Source: Catajapyx aquilonaris
Taxonomy: Eukaryota
Length of the DNA stretch: 64,000 bases
Assembly (NCBI GenBank): GCA_000934665.2
Contig: KZ538139.1
Location: 1 to 64,000, forward strand
Direction: 5' to 3'
The position numbers were made by a program, and so were the translations under genes. Each line of letters begins with the position of its first letter. The first letter of the stretch is position 1. Below the pieces are notes generated by a model, which made no database searches, was not told where the DNA came from, and saw only the letters and a list, made by a program, of their open reading frames with translations. Shown in pieces: positions 23,901 through 37,000 of this stretch.

Positions 23901-25972
23901 GTACGACGACAGGTTGATGCAACTGCAGGCGGCATCCTTTCTAATAGTATTGGGATCTAGTCGTCGCACTATTTCGTCGTCCACTGAGCTAGGCCTATTC
24001 ATGTATCCAGCCTTGGGTAAGACACCCCTGTCCCACAAGTCATGAGGCAGCGACTCCAGCTCCGTATCGGCGATAAACGAAGGGTTATGGTCCAGGTCAC
24101 CTTCGCCAGTGTCGCGCATCGGAAAGAACATCTGAAAACACTCGGCATTTTATGGTTCTGTCATACCACATATTTTATAGTGAAAGCATGGTGCTGTTTG
24201 TACCATAGTGAAGAACTTGAGAGCTTCTCCCACCAACCCTGCTGCGTACGGATACTTCTGCTTGTGGACGTACAGGGACAAGCAAGCTTTCAGAGCACTA
24301 TCCACCAGTTCTTGTGCTAGGTAGATGCAGAAGAGTAGGTCTTCTTGCTGGTATAACAAATCTTCCCATTCCAACCACGGGAATAATTCGGGTATGATGT
24401 CCACCGTTACTGTTGCTTGCTGGGTAGGTTTGACGCCCTTCTTGGCGCCTTTTCCCCCCTTCTTGCCGACGTTGAGTGAGGATTCCATAGTTGTTGCTTA
24501 TTATAATTCGACTTATAACGGTACTGTGTTGAATAGTTTCCAAGGTAATGACAGGATAATTATTTATGGTGATTTTAATTATTGGATTGATAGTGCTGGG
24601 TCGTTATGGGGACAGGGATGGGGAAAATGTTATATCCGGCACTTTTAATCTCCTCAACCAGCCCCTGTAACGACACCTACACCAAGCCAGAAACATGAGA
24701 CAACCACCACCCAACGGACTACTCCAGCCACAACACCAGCACCGGAAGACAAAACAGATTTTGAACCAATGCATGTGCATGGTGCAGGTCCGAGTATGGG
24801 GCTCACAGTTCTTTTGAATCCGGATGTTCACGATTACCTAGCCAACTCTAACAACTTTCATGGCTTCAAGGTGAATTTTTATTATTCAGAATATCGTGTG
24901 TTTTTATTTGTACGTTAGACGCAGTGATTTCGGACTCACGAGTTTCCTTGATTTGCATATTATTCGCAGGTTCTGATTCATGATCCTCAAGACTTTCCAG
25001 ACGTTGGCACTAAAGGATTCGTTGTTAATACAGGAAAAGAAGTGTTTGTTGCAGTGACAGCCACAGATAGTGTGTGCTCAGATGAGATCAAGGCACTCAA
25101 ACCTGCAACCAGGAAATGTTTCTTTCCACACAACGAAATAGAGCTCAACTTCTACAAGACATACAGCTATGATAATTGTCTCTTGGAATGTAAAGTGGCT
25201 GCTATGAACAAGACATGTCAATGCATCCCCTACATTTACAAAAAAATACGTAAGAGGTGATATATTCCATTTTGATTATTACGTTACAACTGTTTTATGT
25301 ACTTTCAGCTAATGTTAAAATTTGTGATTACGACCAGATGAAATGCATCAACAACAAGACCCGTACGTACTGTACTGTACTGTACAATGACTATGATCTG
25401 ATAACACGAATTGTTTGTCCTGGCAGGAAAATTTTCCTCAATTAGATCAAAAGATTACCGTTATCGCAGCCAGAAACATGAGATGATGAAATGTAGCTGC
25501 CCAATGAGTTGTGAAGAATCCAAATATTTTCCGGAAGTGACATCAGCCGACTTTCCAGCGATTCAGGAAGAAGTCATCCTACCGGAGACCCCAAATGTTA
25601 ACAAGTTGGTTCCACAAATTGACTGGATATCTCGATATAAATATTTTAATGCAATTAAATTTTCAGATCTCAATTGGTTTTGCTTCGAGTATTTTTCAAA
25701 GATCTTAGCTTCGTTCTGTATAGGCAAGATCTGCTGTACTCATGGGATGATCTGATTGGTAAGTTTTACTATCAGTCAAAATTTAAAAAATAAATGATAT
25801 ATTTTTCATGCTATAAATTGCAACCATTTCAGCTGCCTTCGGAGGAATTGCTGGCCTCTTTGTTGGATTTAGTTTCATTAGTGCTGCAGAAGTATTCTTC
25901 TTTTTCATAGCAAAGCCCTTAATCAGACGTTATGGTCATTTGGGAGCCACTAGAGTTGATATTAGATTTTAA
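20969..25972 (+). CDS. Pickpocket-type DEG/ENaC subunit, copy 6 (apparently intact; exon 5 split by an extra intron)
   Basis: YCENTSLHGLKY, FPGVTICN. Exon 4 is 22433-22587; 22720-22808 plus 24662-24870 give 298 nt in the same phase as the paralogous exon 5. TM2 AAFGGIAGLFVGFSFISAAE; stop 25970-25972. Confidence 0.85.
21863..22265. mobile_element. Fold-back MITE with ~100-bp TIRs, left tip missing, in intron 3 of copy 6
   Basis: ttggacattaatc..gtcatactgctagcgaca...agaagaggtaggccttgggt is mirrored by acccaaggcctacctcttct...tgtcgctagcagtatgac..gattaatgtccaacactg, followed by TA. Confidence 0.8.
22017..22143. mobile_element. hAT-type MITE nested in the fold-back element; spans the N gap 22050-22083
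   Basis: TIR caggcgcggatcc / ggatccgcgcctg; TSD gtgacatc / gtgacatt; poly-G and poly-C interior. Confidence 0.75.
23187..24488 (-). CDS. C2orf81/DUF4639-like protein, nested antisense in a copy 6 intron
   Basis: Two exons (24488-24204, 24131-23187) joined in phase 0. VDIIP...EW..L...ED...ELVDSAL...LY..KQ..PY...RDTGE...DLWDRGVLP resembles the N-terminal domain of C2orf81 as I recall it; Pro/Ser/Lys-rich tail. Confidence 0.7.
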
Positions 25973-27016
25973 TCGCGTTCGTAATGAAACGATTTTTCGT
26001 AATGTTCACATCATAAACACAATGTTTTACTTCCGTCCATAATAATATGCTGACAATATTTATTACGCACAAGTTGCAAATAGCACGTGTATAAATAAAT
26101 AAATATTTTAAATACCACTTGCAATACTCGAAATACCAATTGGTCATTCATATGACCCAGCACCTGTGCCTTTTTACCGATGATAAAGGTGCAGGTATTA
26201 ATACCATGGACAATAAGTGATATAGTATCCCAATGGGCAAAATGGGGCGATTCAATGTGCCGTTGGCATTCGGCATACATTCAAGTTCATTATCGGGTAG
26301 TGCGCACGTGTCACCACACACGCAAGCAGCAAGTGCTCGACTAGACTTCTTGGCTACCTATCACCGATAATTGCCATCACAACTGACATTACAGGTATGG
26401 TTGGTTCACATGTTACGAAAAGGAGAGAACGATCTGACGTCATCCATTGTTGCTGTTTGTTGACGATTGTTTACTCATATTGTTCTGTGAGGGCATTTCC
26501 ATGGAAACTGTTATGACGTCAGATCGTTGTTTAGTTATTTACTTTTTGGCAGTTTAAACCTTTTTTTGTTGTCAAACGATGACGCAATTCTGTTCGATCA
26601 GATTTTATCTGTCTGATGGCTGGAAAAGACACCAATTTAAAGTTAGAGTCGAGCCAGTTGGTGTTGACCACACAACTTGGGTGCATATGTGTGGTACTTT
26701 GTGCGGTTGTTGGTAGGAAGTTTCCCAAGGCATCGACACACCATTATTGATGACTAATTGTGCTTTTTGTGCTGGAAGTAGCCTACTTGGGAGTCACATG
26801 GTGGGTGCAGTTGACTCTTACTGGATTTCCAATCGATTTCGAGTAATTTTAGAAACTGGTAGCATTCGATTTTAAAAAAAGTAGGGTGATTGTGTTTGCT
26901 TTTCTTTCACTTTTTGGGGCACATATTTTAGGACCTGTATTTTTGTTTTGTTTGTCTCAGATACCAGCCAGGAGGACGTCATTACTGCAGGAACTTTGCA
27001 CTGATTCCTACTAGTT

Positions 27017-27699
27017 ATGGATGATCCCAAAGGTAGGTCGCAGTTCATTCAGCACTATTCTCCAATAGTAATTTTTCAAATGCTGTTACAGGCGGCACAC
27101 ATGTAGCAGAGGAAAATTGTTTCTTCTGCCAAAACTGTTGGAAAGTGTATTGCAAGTCTGGCACACTTGAGTACCAGAGAGAGAAAGGAAGAATAAGAGG
27201 ATTTGGAATGTGCAATGACTGCAAATTGAAAATGGGCAACAATGTCAGTGGAACAACGCAGTCAAATGTCTCCATCACAGTCTCACTCTGGAACGGTAAT
27301 ATGATTAAGGAAGTTGCCAATGAAGTGTATGGTAATGTGGAAGATGATCAGTCAGGTAATTGCCAAATTGTACATAAGGAGGGTAATTCTATTAACAAAG
27401 ATGATAGCAGCCCAAAACATACTGCAGCTAATCAAAATGGTGAAACTCATGCTAAAGAAGGCAACTCAGGTGATACACCTGAAAATACACAATCCGTCCC
27501 ACACCCTAATGGCAAAAAACCATACACTTGTTGGTGTGGAAAAATTTTCTATAACAGTGCTAGCTTGTATATGCACAAAGATATTCATACAGGAGATCGA
27601 CCATATGTTTGTGAATCATGCGGAAAGTCATTCTATTTCAAACAACAATTGCAAAAGCATGAGCTTATTCATTCTGAGGTGAATGGGAAATGTGATTAG
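27017..27699 (+). CDS. Small zinc-finger protein (N-terminal CxxC...CxxC, two C-terminal C2H2 fingers)
   Basis: MDDPK|GGTHVAEENCFFCQNC...CNDC; YTCWCGKIF...H...H-TGDRP-YVCESCGKSF...H...H. Confidence 0.8.
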
Positions 27700-28345
27700 G
27701 GCATATTTTTTCAGTGATGGGTTGCATCGAAGTAGGTTAGTGTCTAATTACTTTGTAACATGTAACGGCTTCTGAAAAGATGGTAATGCATAAGTGTAAG
27801 AATACACTTTCACACTCTGAGTTGCATGCAGCACTGAAACATTTTTGTATGTTCAAATAATAGGTCATGCTTGTAGTGTTGTAGGGTACCGGTATTGTGT
27901 AATGGGAAGGAATATTATTGTAATAACTTATAAGCATAGAGTACGCCCAGATTTATTTGTTTATTATTGTCACCCCAGTGAGTTATCTGCTATGTTAGTA
28001 ATTTTCACATCATCATCAATACTACTGGTGTACGGAGATGTTCAAATAAAACTATTGTGCACCTGGATCATACATCTCAATTATTTTTACACATTACTTG
28101 TTTATTTTGCTGATCAGTTTCACAAATTAAAGTTCTATACAAAAAATTACTCTTGATAATTTGATTGGAATATTGACATTTTGAAAGATTTACGAGTACT
28201 GTGTATACTTTCATTACGGTACATAAATGAGCACAATTGAAAGGCAATCCAATGTTTTGTTGCGAATTAGTTTGACATTATTTCCGATTATTTTGATGAA
28301 AGTTTTGCTTTTTAGAAAACAATCATCTTCCATATCATGCTGTGT

Positions 28346-29745
28346 CTATTGGGAATTTGCATTGTGATAGTTTGCCCTACTATGTATTGGACATCTGTAG
28401 AGGTAAGTGGTTGGATAGGCTTGATCTTCTAGTGGCTTTTGTATCCTGTGGGAGCCTTTGTTGCTAACAGGCAGTGGCAAAGGTTCTGCAGCGTTGGAGA
28501 AGACAAATGGACCTTGATGACAGACAAGCGATTCTTCAGAGCTGGTGTCGTGAAGGACGGAACGGTAAGAACTGATGGTACGGCAGGATCGGGACTTGCA
28601 TGAAGAAGTGCTCTTCAGAGAGTCTGCGGACCTGTACGAGGTTCTTCCTAGGCTCATGGCAGAACAGGTCTTGCAAGAATGCATTTCTACACTGGAACAA
28701 GACTCGACAGACTTGAACGAAACGTCGTCAGGAATGTGACAAGTGTCAGAAACTAAGTCGCAACAATGGCATGGTGTTGCTGACTTGTGACAATCCGGTT
28801 TTGGCATTGCATCAGCTGACGTCGTGTGATCAAAGACATGGTTCTCACAATGTTGCCCCTTTGGTTCGAAAGAGTCTGGGTGTACCCTCTCATTATATTG
28901 ATCACGGATCTGTGCATCTTGAAAGAATTTATCTAGTGAATCGGCAATAGATGTGGCAAGGCGAGATGACTCTACTCTTAGACTCCTGAGTCTGTCACTA
29001 CCTAAAATCTGGAAAATATATTTAAGTAAACTGACACGACAGTCAAATTATTATGACTCACTTTATCAGAGGTGTCTTCCTGAAGCTGAAGACTACAAAC
29101 AGTCAATGCAAGCAGCATCTTCCAATGTTTCCTCTCCATGTTGATTAACTGAAGGGTTGATGTCCGGTCAGGTACATGTTCCGCAGACTCTCTCAAGTTC
29201 CGAGAAATATTTTGTAGTATATGACGCATCATCGTGAACGTATGTTCAGCAGAGTGTTCTTGTTTGTCGTCCAAGTTCTTCCTGTCTTCTAAGTCTTCTT
29301 TAACATCCAGAGATTGTTCTTGCCTGGAGCTGTCTACGTTTGCATATGGTTCTGTCTGGGTCACCTTGTCCAATGAAATGTGTCTCGTCATGTCATCTTG
29401 CTTACTAAACTCTCCGTTGGAACGGTCATGGATTTTTTCATGATCCATCATGTTTTTTCGGTCGCCTTTGTTGTCGTCATGACGTGCTGCTATCAATGCG
29501 TGGCAGATTGTTTTCAAATAGACATACTGGAAAGGATCGCAATGTTCTGTCTATGGATAAACTTAAGCCAATACTTTATCATTACATGGTGCACAGTTCC
29601 ATCATTACATTTTTGACACTACGACAGTATTTGTTTCACTCACGTTCTCTTTGTACCACTCATATTTAAACTTCAAGTCGTGGAGCGATGTGGCCTCCTC
29701 AGTGTCCTGTTTTTTATTTACATCTCCTTGTCCACTGGTCTCCAT
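28346..29745 (-). CDS. Uncharacterised 3-exon protein (~420 aa)
   Basis: METSGQGD...WYKEN|TEHCDPFQYVYLKTICHAL...EDTSDK|ILGSDRLRS...MPKPDCHK...NANSQ*. Both introns are phase-0 gtgagt...ag and join three separate ORFs without stops. Confidence 0.65.
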
Positions 29746-30117
29746 AATCGCAACATTTTTGACATTTAGTTTTCTCAGCCTATTGCGTGCCCGCTTCCCA
29801 TTTTGTCTGCAATAATGCACCTTTTACTCATTAGGCCTATAGAACAATTAGAGTTATGCCTTTTAAATCTTACCCTGGAGTGGCAATGGCTGCTGTGCTT
29901 GTCACCTTATTGCCTCCTCTTCCATTCACCTTGAAACCATCAGCAGATCCAAAGACATCATGTGTCACTGGCGAAAATACTGCTGCAGCAAGTGGGAATG
30001 GGCTGCTTCTGAGTCTCAATATGACAGACTTATGAAGTTTATCTAGTGTGTGCCTCGTGCGCCTGCGTGTCCTTCTTCTATCTGCACTCTACGAGAAAGA
30101 TATGCTTATAAACATAA

Positions 30118-30886
30118 GGGCGTCTTTACACGTTCCACAAAGTTGAAGCAACTTGCGGGTGACGTCATGAGGGGGCGGAGCTACCTGCCTGATGAGAGGG
30201 AGGCCACCGCCTTCCCCCACCGACTCTTGCAAGATGGCGCCCGCGCTCAGAACACCACTCCTTGCTGCTGCTGCGATAGCAGCCACGTCGATTTTGGTCA
30301 TGCACGACGAGGAGCAGCGCCGGATTTACGGCAAGGCAACCTAGGCAGTTGCCTAGGGCGGCAGATTTCAAGGGGCGGCAAATTTAGGCATACGAAAAGT
30401 AAACGAAAAATTAATAATAAATAGTTACGCGACTAGAAGCAGCGCCGGATTTAGTAATTTACCATTGGGCAGAGTAGGAAGCAGGGCGGTCAGATCTCAA
30501 TAACTGCCTAGGGGCGGCCGAGTAGGGGGTAAATCCGGCACTGACGAGGAGGCGGGAGAGGGCAGCTCGTCAGAGAAGAGCAGAAAAGACGTAAGAAAAG
30601 GCGCTGGTGGGTGTGGAATTCTGTTTCCGACTGGAGGTCATTCCACTCTTCCTCACTTTCCGCCATCTTGGCCGGTGGTGGGGAGGCTGGAGAGACAGGC
30701 CAAGTTGAAAGAAAATAGAGCATGTTCTATTTTTCTTTCAACTTTGGCCACGCCCCCTGAGTGTCCCAACGCCCCGCCCTCTCCCACCTTTCAACTGTGG
30801 AGCATGCGCGTTTACACGTGCAACTTTGTTGCAGTGACGTCATTCAACAAAGTTGCTTCAACTTTGTGGAACGTGTAAAGACGCCC
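30118..30886. mobile_element. PIF/Harbinger-type non-autonomous element (769 bp)
   Basis: Perfect 37-bp TIR GGGCGTCTTTACACGTTCCACAAAGTTGAAGCAACTT with 3-bp TAA TSD on both sides. Confidence 0.9.
30315..30543. mobile_element. hAT-type MITE nested in the Harbinger element
   Basis: TIR cagcgccggatttac / gtaaatccggcactg; perfect 8-bp TSD ACGAGGAG; second internal copy of the left TIR at ~30440. Confidence 0.85.
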
Positions 30887-31462
30887 TAAGCCATGGAATA
30901 CATCTTCATGTAATACTCACTCTGCTAGAAGGTTTACTCAAGGCTACAGAGGAAGTACTAGTGGACTGCAATCTGGATGTCATTGATATCAGCGACTGTG
31001 TTTGCAAGGAAATCATTGCCTGATGTCTGAAGCAAGTCGTATGAATAGACGTCAAAAAATGTGGTAGAAATTCGCATTCGGAGAGGGCAGACTGCAAATT
31101 AGGAAGGCCAAAAATAAATGAAATGGTCTGAAATTGCCTAGAAACAAGGCAACAGTGCCAAAATAGAGCACATGACTTTTTTTTAAATGGCTAGTAGTTT
31201 TATTTGACGAGCAGTCATTTTTGGATGATTTTTTTTTTTTTTTTTTTTGAAATATGAAATTTTGAACAATCCCGCCTTTAGCTTGGACCTACTGTCGGTT
31301 TGGCGCTATGGCGCCACTGCGCAATCAAAGATGGCGGCCTCCATGCCACACTGAATCCACACGGTGGTGCCTGGAGGAACGGGTGTACGTCCCAGGTGTG
31401 TCCAGACCAGAGGCTGTGTCGTCTTGGAAGACCACCGGAGGGTGAGGAAGAAGAGCAAGAAC

Positions 31463-32496
<1,034 letters not shown>

Positions 32497-33097
32497 CAGG
32501 AACCAAATTTTCCTTTGATTTTTACTCTCTAAATTATATATTGTATTGAATATATATATTACTTTACACAAACAGTGTCAAACTTGTCATGCTTTAGTTC
32601 ATTAACATAGACTATGCGATTAGTCCAATTATTATTGGTCCATAATGTAAAAGACATATCATAAGCATTAATAAGAGAGCTGAATCAAAAGAAGTGGCAG
32701 TGCAAGTGTCACATGCAGAGAGGCTGAGAAGGATCCAGTCATGTATGATACTGCTAGTAGTCCATGTCCCAAGACTTAATGATTGTGGCATGCGCAAGAA
32801 CAAGATATGTTCAGTTCAGTGTTTTTCATTGATAAAAAAATGAAAGTGAACCAAACACAAATATGATTATGATTCACATGGACTAATAATGCAACAGAAC
32901 TTATTGAACACCCGTTGCGCTCTTCTATGAGGAGTCAATATGACTTGGATAGACTAGTACTCTACTAATGAAGATGAATTAATCCTTTCTAGGCAAGTGG
33001 TTCTCAAATTTTAGCCCGCAACCACTTGTGCTGCATGTGCAATGCAAGTCAGCTGTGACTGAAGGAAAATTCAAATTCTTGATTGGCAAGTTATATA

Positions 33098-33502
33098 CAG
33101 GGTGAAGGGAAACTCCTGCCCAATCGCCAGGTAGACTGATAGTACCCACAAAACGAATATAGGGCTGTGCAATTAGTTTTGGGTGCTGTCAAAGTTTCGT
33201 GATGTCACATCCGTTTGGCCAGCTATAAAGAAACAAAAGCCAGCTCGAGGGCCTCCGAACAATCCAGCCATGGGTCCATAACACATCGTCCATGTGCAAT
33301 AGGTGATCAATTCCTGTGAAAGTACGAATCCGGGTACGATACCTGTGCACTTGTCATTTTTACCATCCGGCCCTCTACACTTTAAGGGCACCATACACAT
33401 TAACTACACAACGGGGCCAAAAACTAATTGCACATCCCTATATTAGTTTTGCAAGTACCGTCAGTCCACTTGGCAATTGGGCATGAGTTTCCCTTCACCC
33501 TG
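33098..33502. mobile_element. Tc1/mariner-type MITE with ~80-bp imperfect TIRs
   Basis: TA|cagggtgaagggaaactc...gtgcaattagtttt mirrored by aaaactaattgcac...gagtttcccttcaccctg|TA. Confidence 0.85.
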
Positions 33503-34000
33503 TATATACCTAAGTAAACCATTATCTAAAGAGTTTCAGAAAACTGCCTTATGGACACCATTTTATAGTGCCTAGGAAGTACGTACACTAGACAGCACCA
33601 ACGTAACTAACAAAAATTTGGTCCTTTGCTGCATAGGTACTATATCGCTCAAAAAGATAGAGACGATTGGCCTTTGATTCAAGTGCAAGTTGCACTTGAG
33701 TCAAATGCAAAATCGTCTCTATCTTTTTGGGCGATATAGTACATTCACTGTGTGAAACACTTCCATTATTGAAAGCAACTTGACTGGAATACACTTGCTC
33801 AGGTGTGTATCACATCCTGTCACTACTTTGAATTAAACTCTCTTACGTTCAGTCTTGCAGACGGAAGGCATTGTAAAGTTGGACCGCAATCAGTCTTGAA
33901 GTTCGGTAAAGGAATGATTGTGCTCCCTGCAATAGTTAGTGATATGTGATGTAAACAATCCCAATTTCTAAGTGATAAGGTTAATTGACTAGGAAAGTGA

Positions 34001-37000
34001 TTAATCTTCTTCATCACTGAGGAAACTTGGCTTCTCCAAAGCAATACGTGCATAGTAGTCCTGGCGAACAAGCTCCAGTTGTTCCATTTCCACCTGAAAT
34101 GGATCCCATATGTAATTATTATTTATCTTCATGGGATGTAGCTTATCTTGCCATTTTACAGTTAAAAACAATGCTTTTGTATCCACTGCAACATTACTAC
34201 AGTAATCCAAAATAAGCCACACACCTGCAGAATCTTCCGATGATGGTCCCTCTTGGTGGCAATGCTCCTCATGGGAAATGGATTCAGCTCTTGGAAGGCT
34301 ACTTGTGTCAACCTCTTGACATCAAGTGTTGTCTCAGGCACTCCTCTAAGAAAGTTGAAGATGGCCATGGTATCGGGACAGGTCAGAAGCTCCCGCTCAA
34401 AAATCTTAAGGACTGCGAGGGCATACCGAAACAGCACCTTGCTGCCCTCAAACATGAATGTGTCCCATACATGCAAGTAACAGTCAACTGGGACCCCATC
34501 AACAAACAGGCAGAGAAACCAGTTCAGTGTGAAAATGCTCAGATCAACAGTGTTCTCTTCCAGATGTAGGTGGAGTGCAGGGAGCTTCTCAGCAATAAGG
34601 TCCTTGAAGACCTTCTGATCTACTTGGGCTCCAATTAATTGCTTGCTGTAGTAGTCTGGGGGCATTAAATGTTCCACGATGCAGACCAGGCACCAAAATG
34701 CATCTTCTTCAGAAAGGAAGAGCAGGGCAATAGCACATAGGCGGTTGAATCCCTGGCAGTATTCCACTTCTGGATTGTGCAGACTATAGGCTAGAAGAAC
34801 TCGACGAAGTTTTGGGATGCCGTCAGCATGGAGAGACTCATAGTGGCGGTTCGAAGGTAGGGTGCGGACAAGATCAAGCTCAATCTGGAAGGTGTGTGGA
34901 AAGGCAGTTGTAACAGCTTGGTTTTAAATTCAAGGTGTAACTGCAGCACTAAAAATGACATAATCAGTGTGCAAAATAGTAGCCTTGATTGTTAGTAGAG
35001 AGCAAAATTAGTGTACCTGCTTTGCTGCAGGTGTCAAATGAGGACCAGGTCTGTAGCTTGACAGCAACTGCTGGTAGTATCCTGCCTTGATCTGTGGCCC
35101 CCTCTGCCCCCTTGAACGAAACTCCAGGATGGCTCTCCACACTTTACCTCTCAATCGGTATGGTATTCCACCCCTGATGGCTGCCTTCACATCCCCACCA
35201 CCTCCTCCACCAGGTCGTACCCCAACCTCCCTCACTGGAGACTCCAACCATCCAACTATGCCATCCCACTTGCCCTCCAGTGATGGACCACTCTCTTCTT
35301 CCTCCTCTTGCTGAAGTGTGCTAGAGAGCTCATCAGACTGGCGCTGAAGCCGGGCAGCCGCTGTCTGAAGGGAGTCTGAGTCACCTGGAACCTCCTGGCG
35401 GAATCCATACTTGTCATACACATGGCCCTTGCTGTGAATTTTTAGTTGACTGTTGAGTTGTCATGAGGAATGATTATTGTAGATTATGGATATAACTTAC
35501 GCTATTCTGGCGAAATCCTTGCTTCCTACAACGTCTTCCAGGAGCTGGGAGAGCACTTCATTGCTTGTTCTTTGTGCAGCTTGTGGATCATGAAGTTCGT
35601 TCAACAGTAGAAAGTACTTGCTCTGAATCTGATAGAATCGTGCCTCCCACTCACTACTTTGCCTGCAAAGAGAAGGATAATGCAACAAACACTTTTACTT
35701 CTCACCAAGTTGCAACATGCAACATATACATACAGAAGCAGCTTGTTTTCTCTTTCATTGAACTCCTGCCGAAGATAGTTCAGCTCAAGTATTTCCTTGT
35801 TCAGGAAGCGGTTCTGCATCCTGAAAGCAACTACGGCATCCCTGAGGTTCTCCTCCTCTCCTGGATCAGTTTGTGTACCCTGACTAGTAGTTGTAACCAT
35901 CTCCTTCTGATGTTTTCCTGCTCGAAGCTTCAGACTGAGATCATGCAGCTCTGAAGTAAGCCTAACGACAGCCTCATTCTTGGCTCTCAGTGTCTCCTGG
36001 TACATGGCAATCTCATCATGTAGATTGGCCATTCCACACTCGTACTGTTCTAGCTGCAGGGACTGCAACTGAGCCTGGTGACGGAGGTCCACCAGTTCAG
36101 CCGCATGGCCCTCCAGCAGGTGAATAAGAGATGAGTCAGAGGTAGGGGACACCTGATGGTCACCAAGCCTGCAACGTAATATTTATCAGGTATTTTCACA
36201 TTGCACACATGATGGGTGAAGTCATATATCAAATACGGGTGACTCCTTCAAATAACATGCATTAACTTACAAGGTCTCCTTATCCATTGTAAGCACATCG
36301 ACTTGCTTCTGAAGCACAGATATGACCTCCTTTGCTGCATGGTACTCATCCTCAGTTGCCTGCAGGTCCACTTGTAGAGAGTCAACTTGTGAAGACAGTT
36401 GTTCACACCTCTGGCACGTCTCCTTGTCCCTATTCTTCTTCCCGAACACAGGTGACAGGGGCGACTCCTTGTTTTTGTTAGTACCCCTTTTCTCCCTGAA
36501 TGAACGTTGAAGACGTTGCAGGCCAAAGTTGGTTGGGAATCTGGATACAATATTTCTGGGAGATGGGAGCTTGGAACCAGGAGGTGGGGATCTGGGAGGG
36601 GAAGTGGGAGTGGTTGACTTGCGACCAGGTAAAAGGACGCTCAGCCTGAACTGTGATTCTTCACGTTCAGGCGACAGGAGAGGGTTGGATGACTTCCTGG
36701 AAGCACTAGATATGTCAGGTTTGATGGCAAGGTCAACTGGACGTGGGACTGGGCTTAATAGGCCATCAGCGGGGCTTGAGCGCTTGTGAATAACCGGTGA
36801 TTTGCCCTTAAGGAGGCCACTCAATGGACGGGTAGTCTGTAGTGAAAAATAAGTTTTGGGTGAAAGAATCAGTGTTGTTGGACCCATACAAAATAAAACA
36901 AATATATTACACATTTGATTACGTACACCTGATATGAGATTTCCACCAATCTCTGGATGTGAGATCATGCAGCAACGTTTGATGCTAAAATTCCTCCTCT

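Noticed and set aside
23440..24045. 201-aa + strand ORF
   Set aside because: Antisense shadow of the nested C2orf81-like exon; no recognisable motifs.
30508..30723. Short ORF containing MAESEEEWNDLQ... as a host gene
   Set aside because: Lies inside the Harbinger element, is interrupted by the nested MITE, and stops soon even when the MITE is removed.
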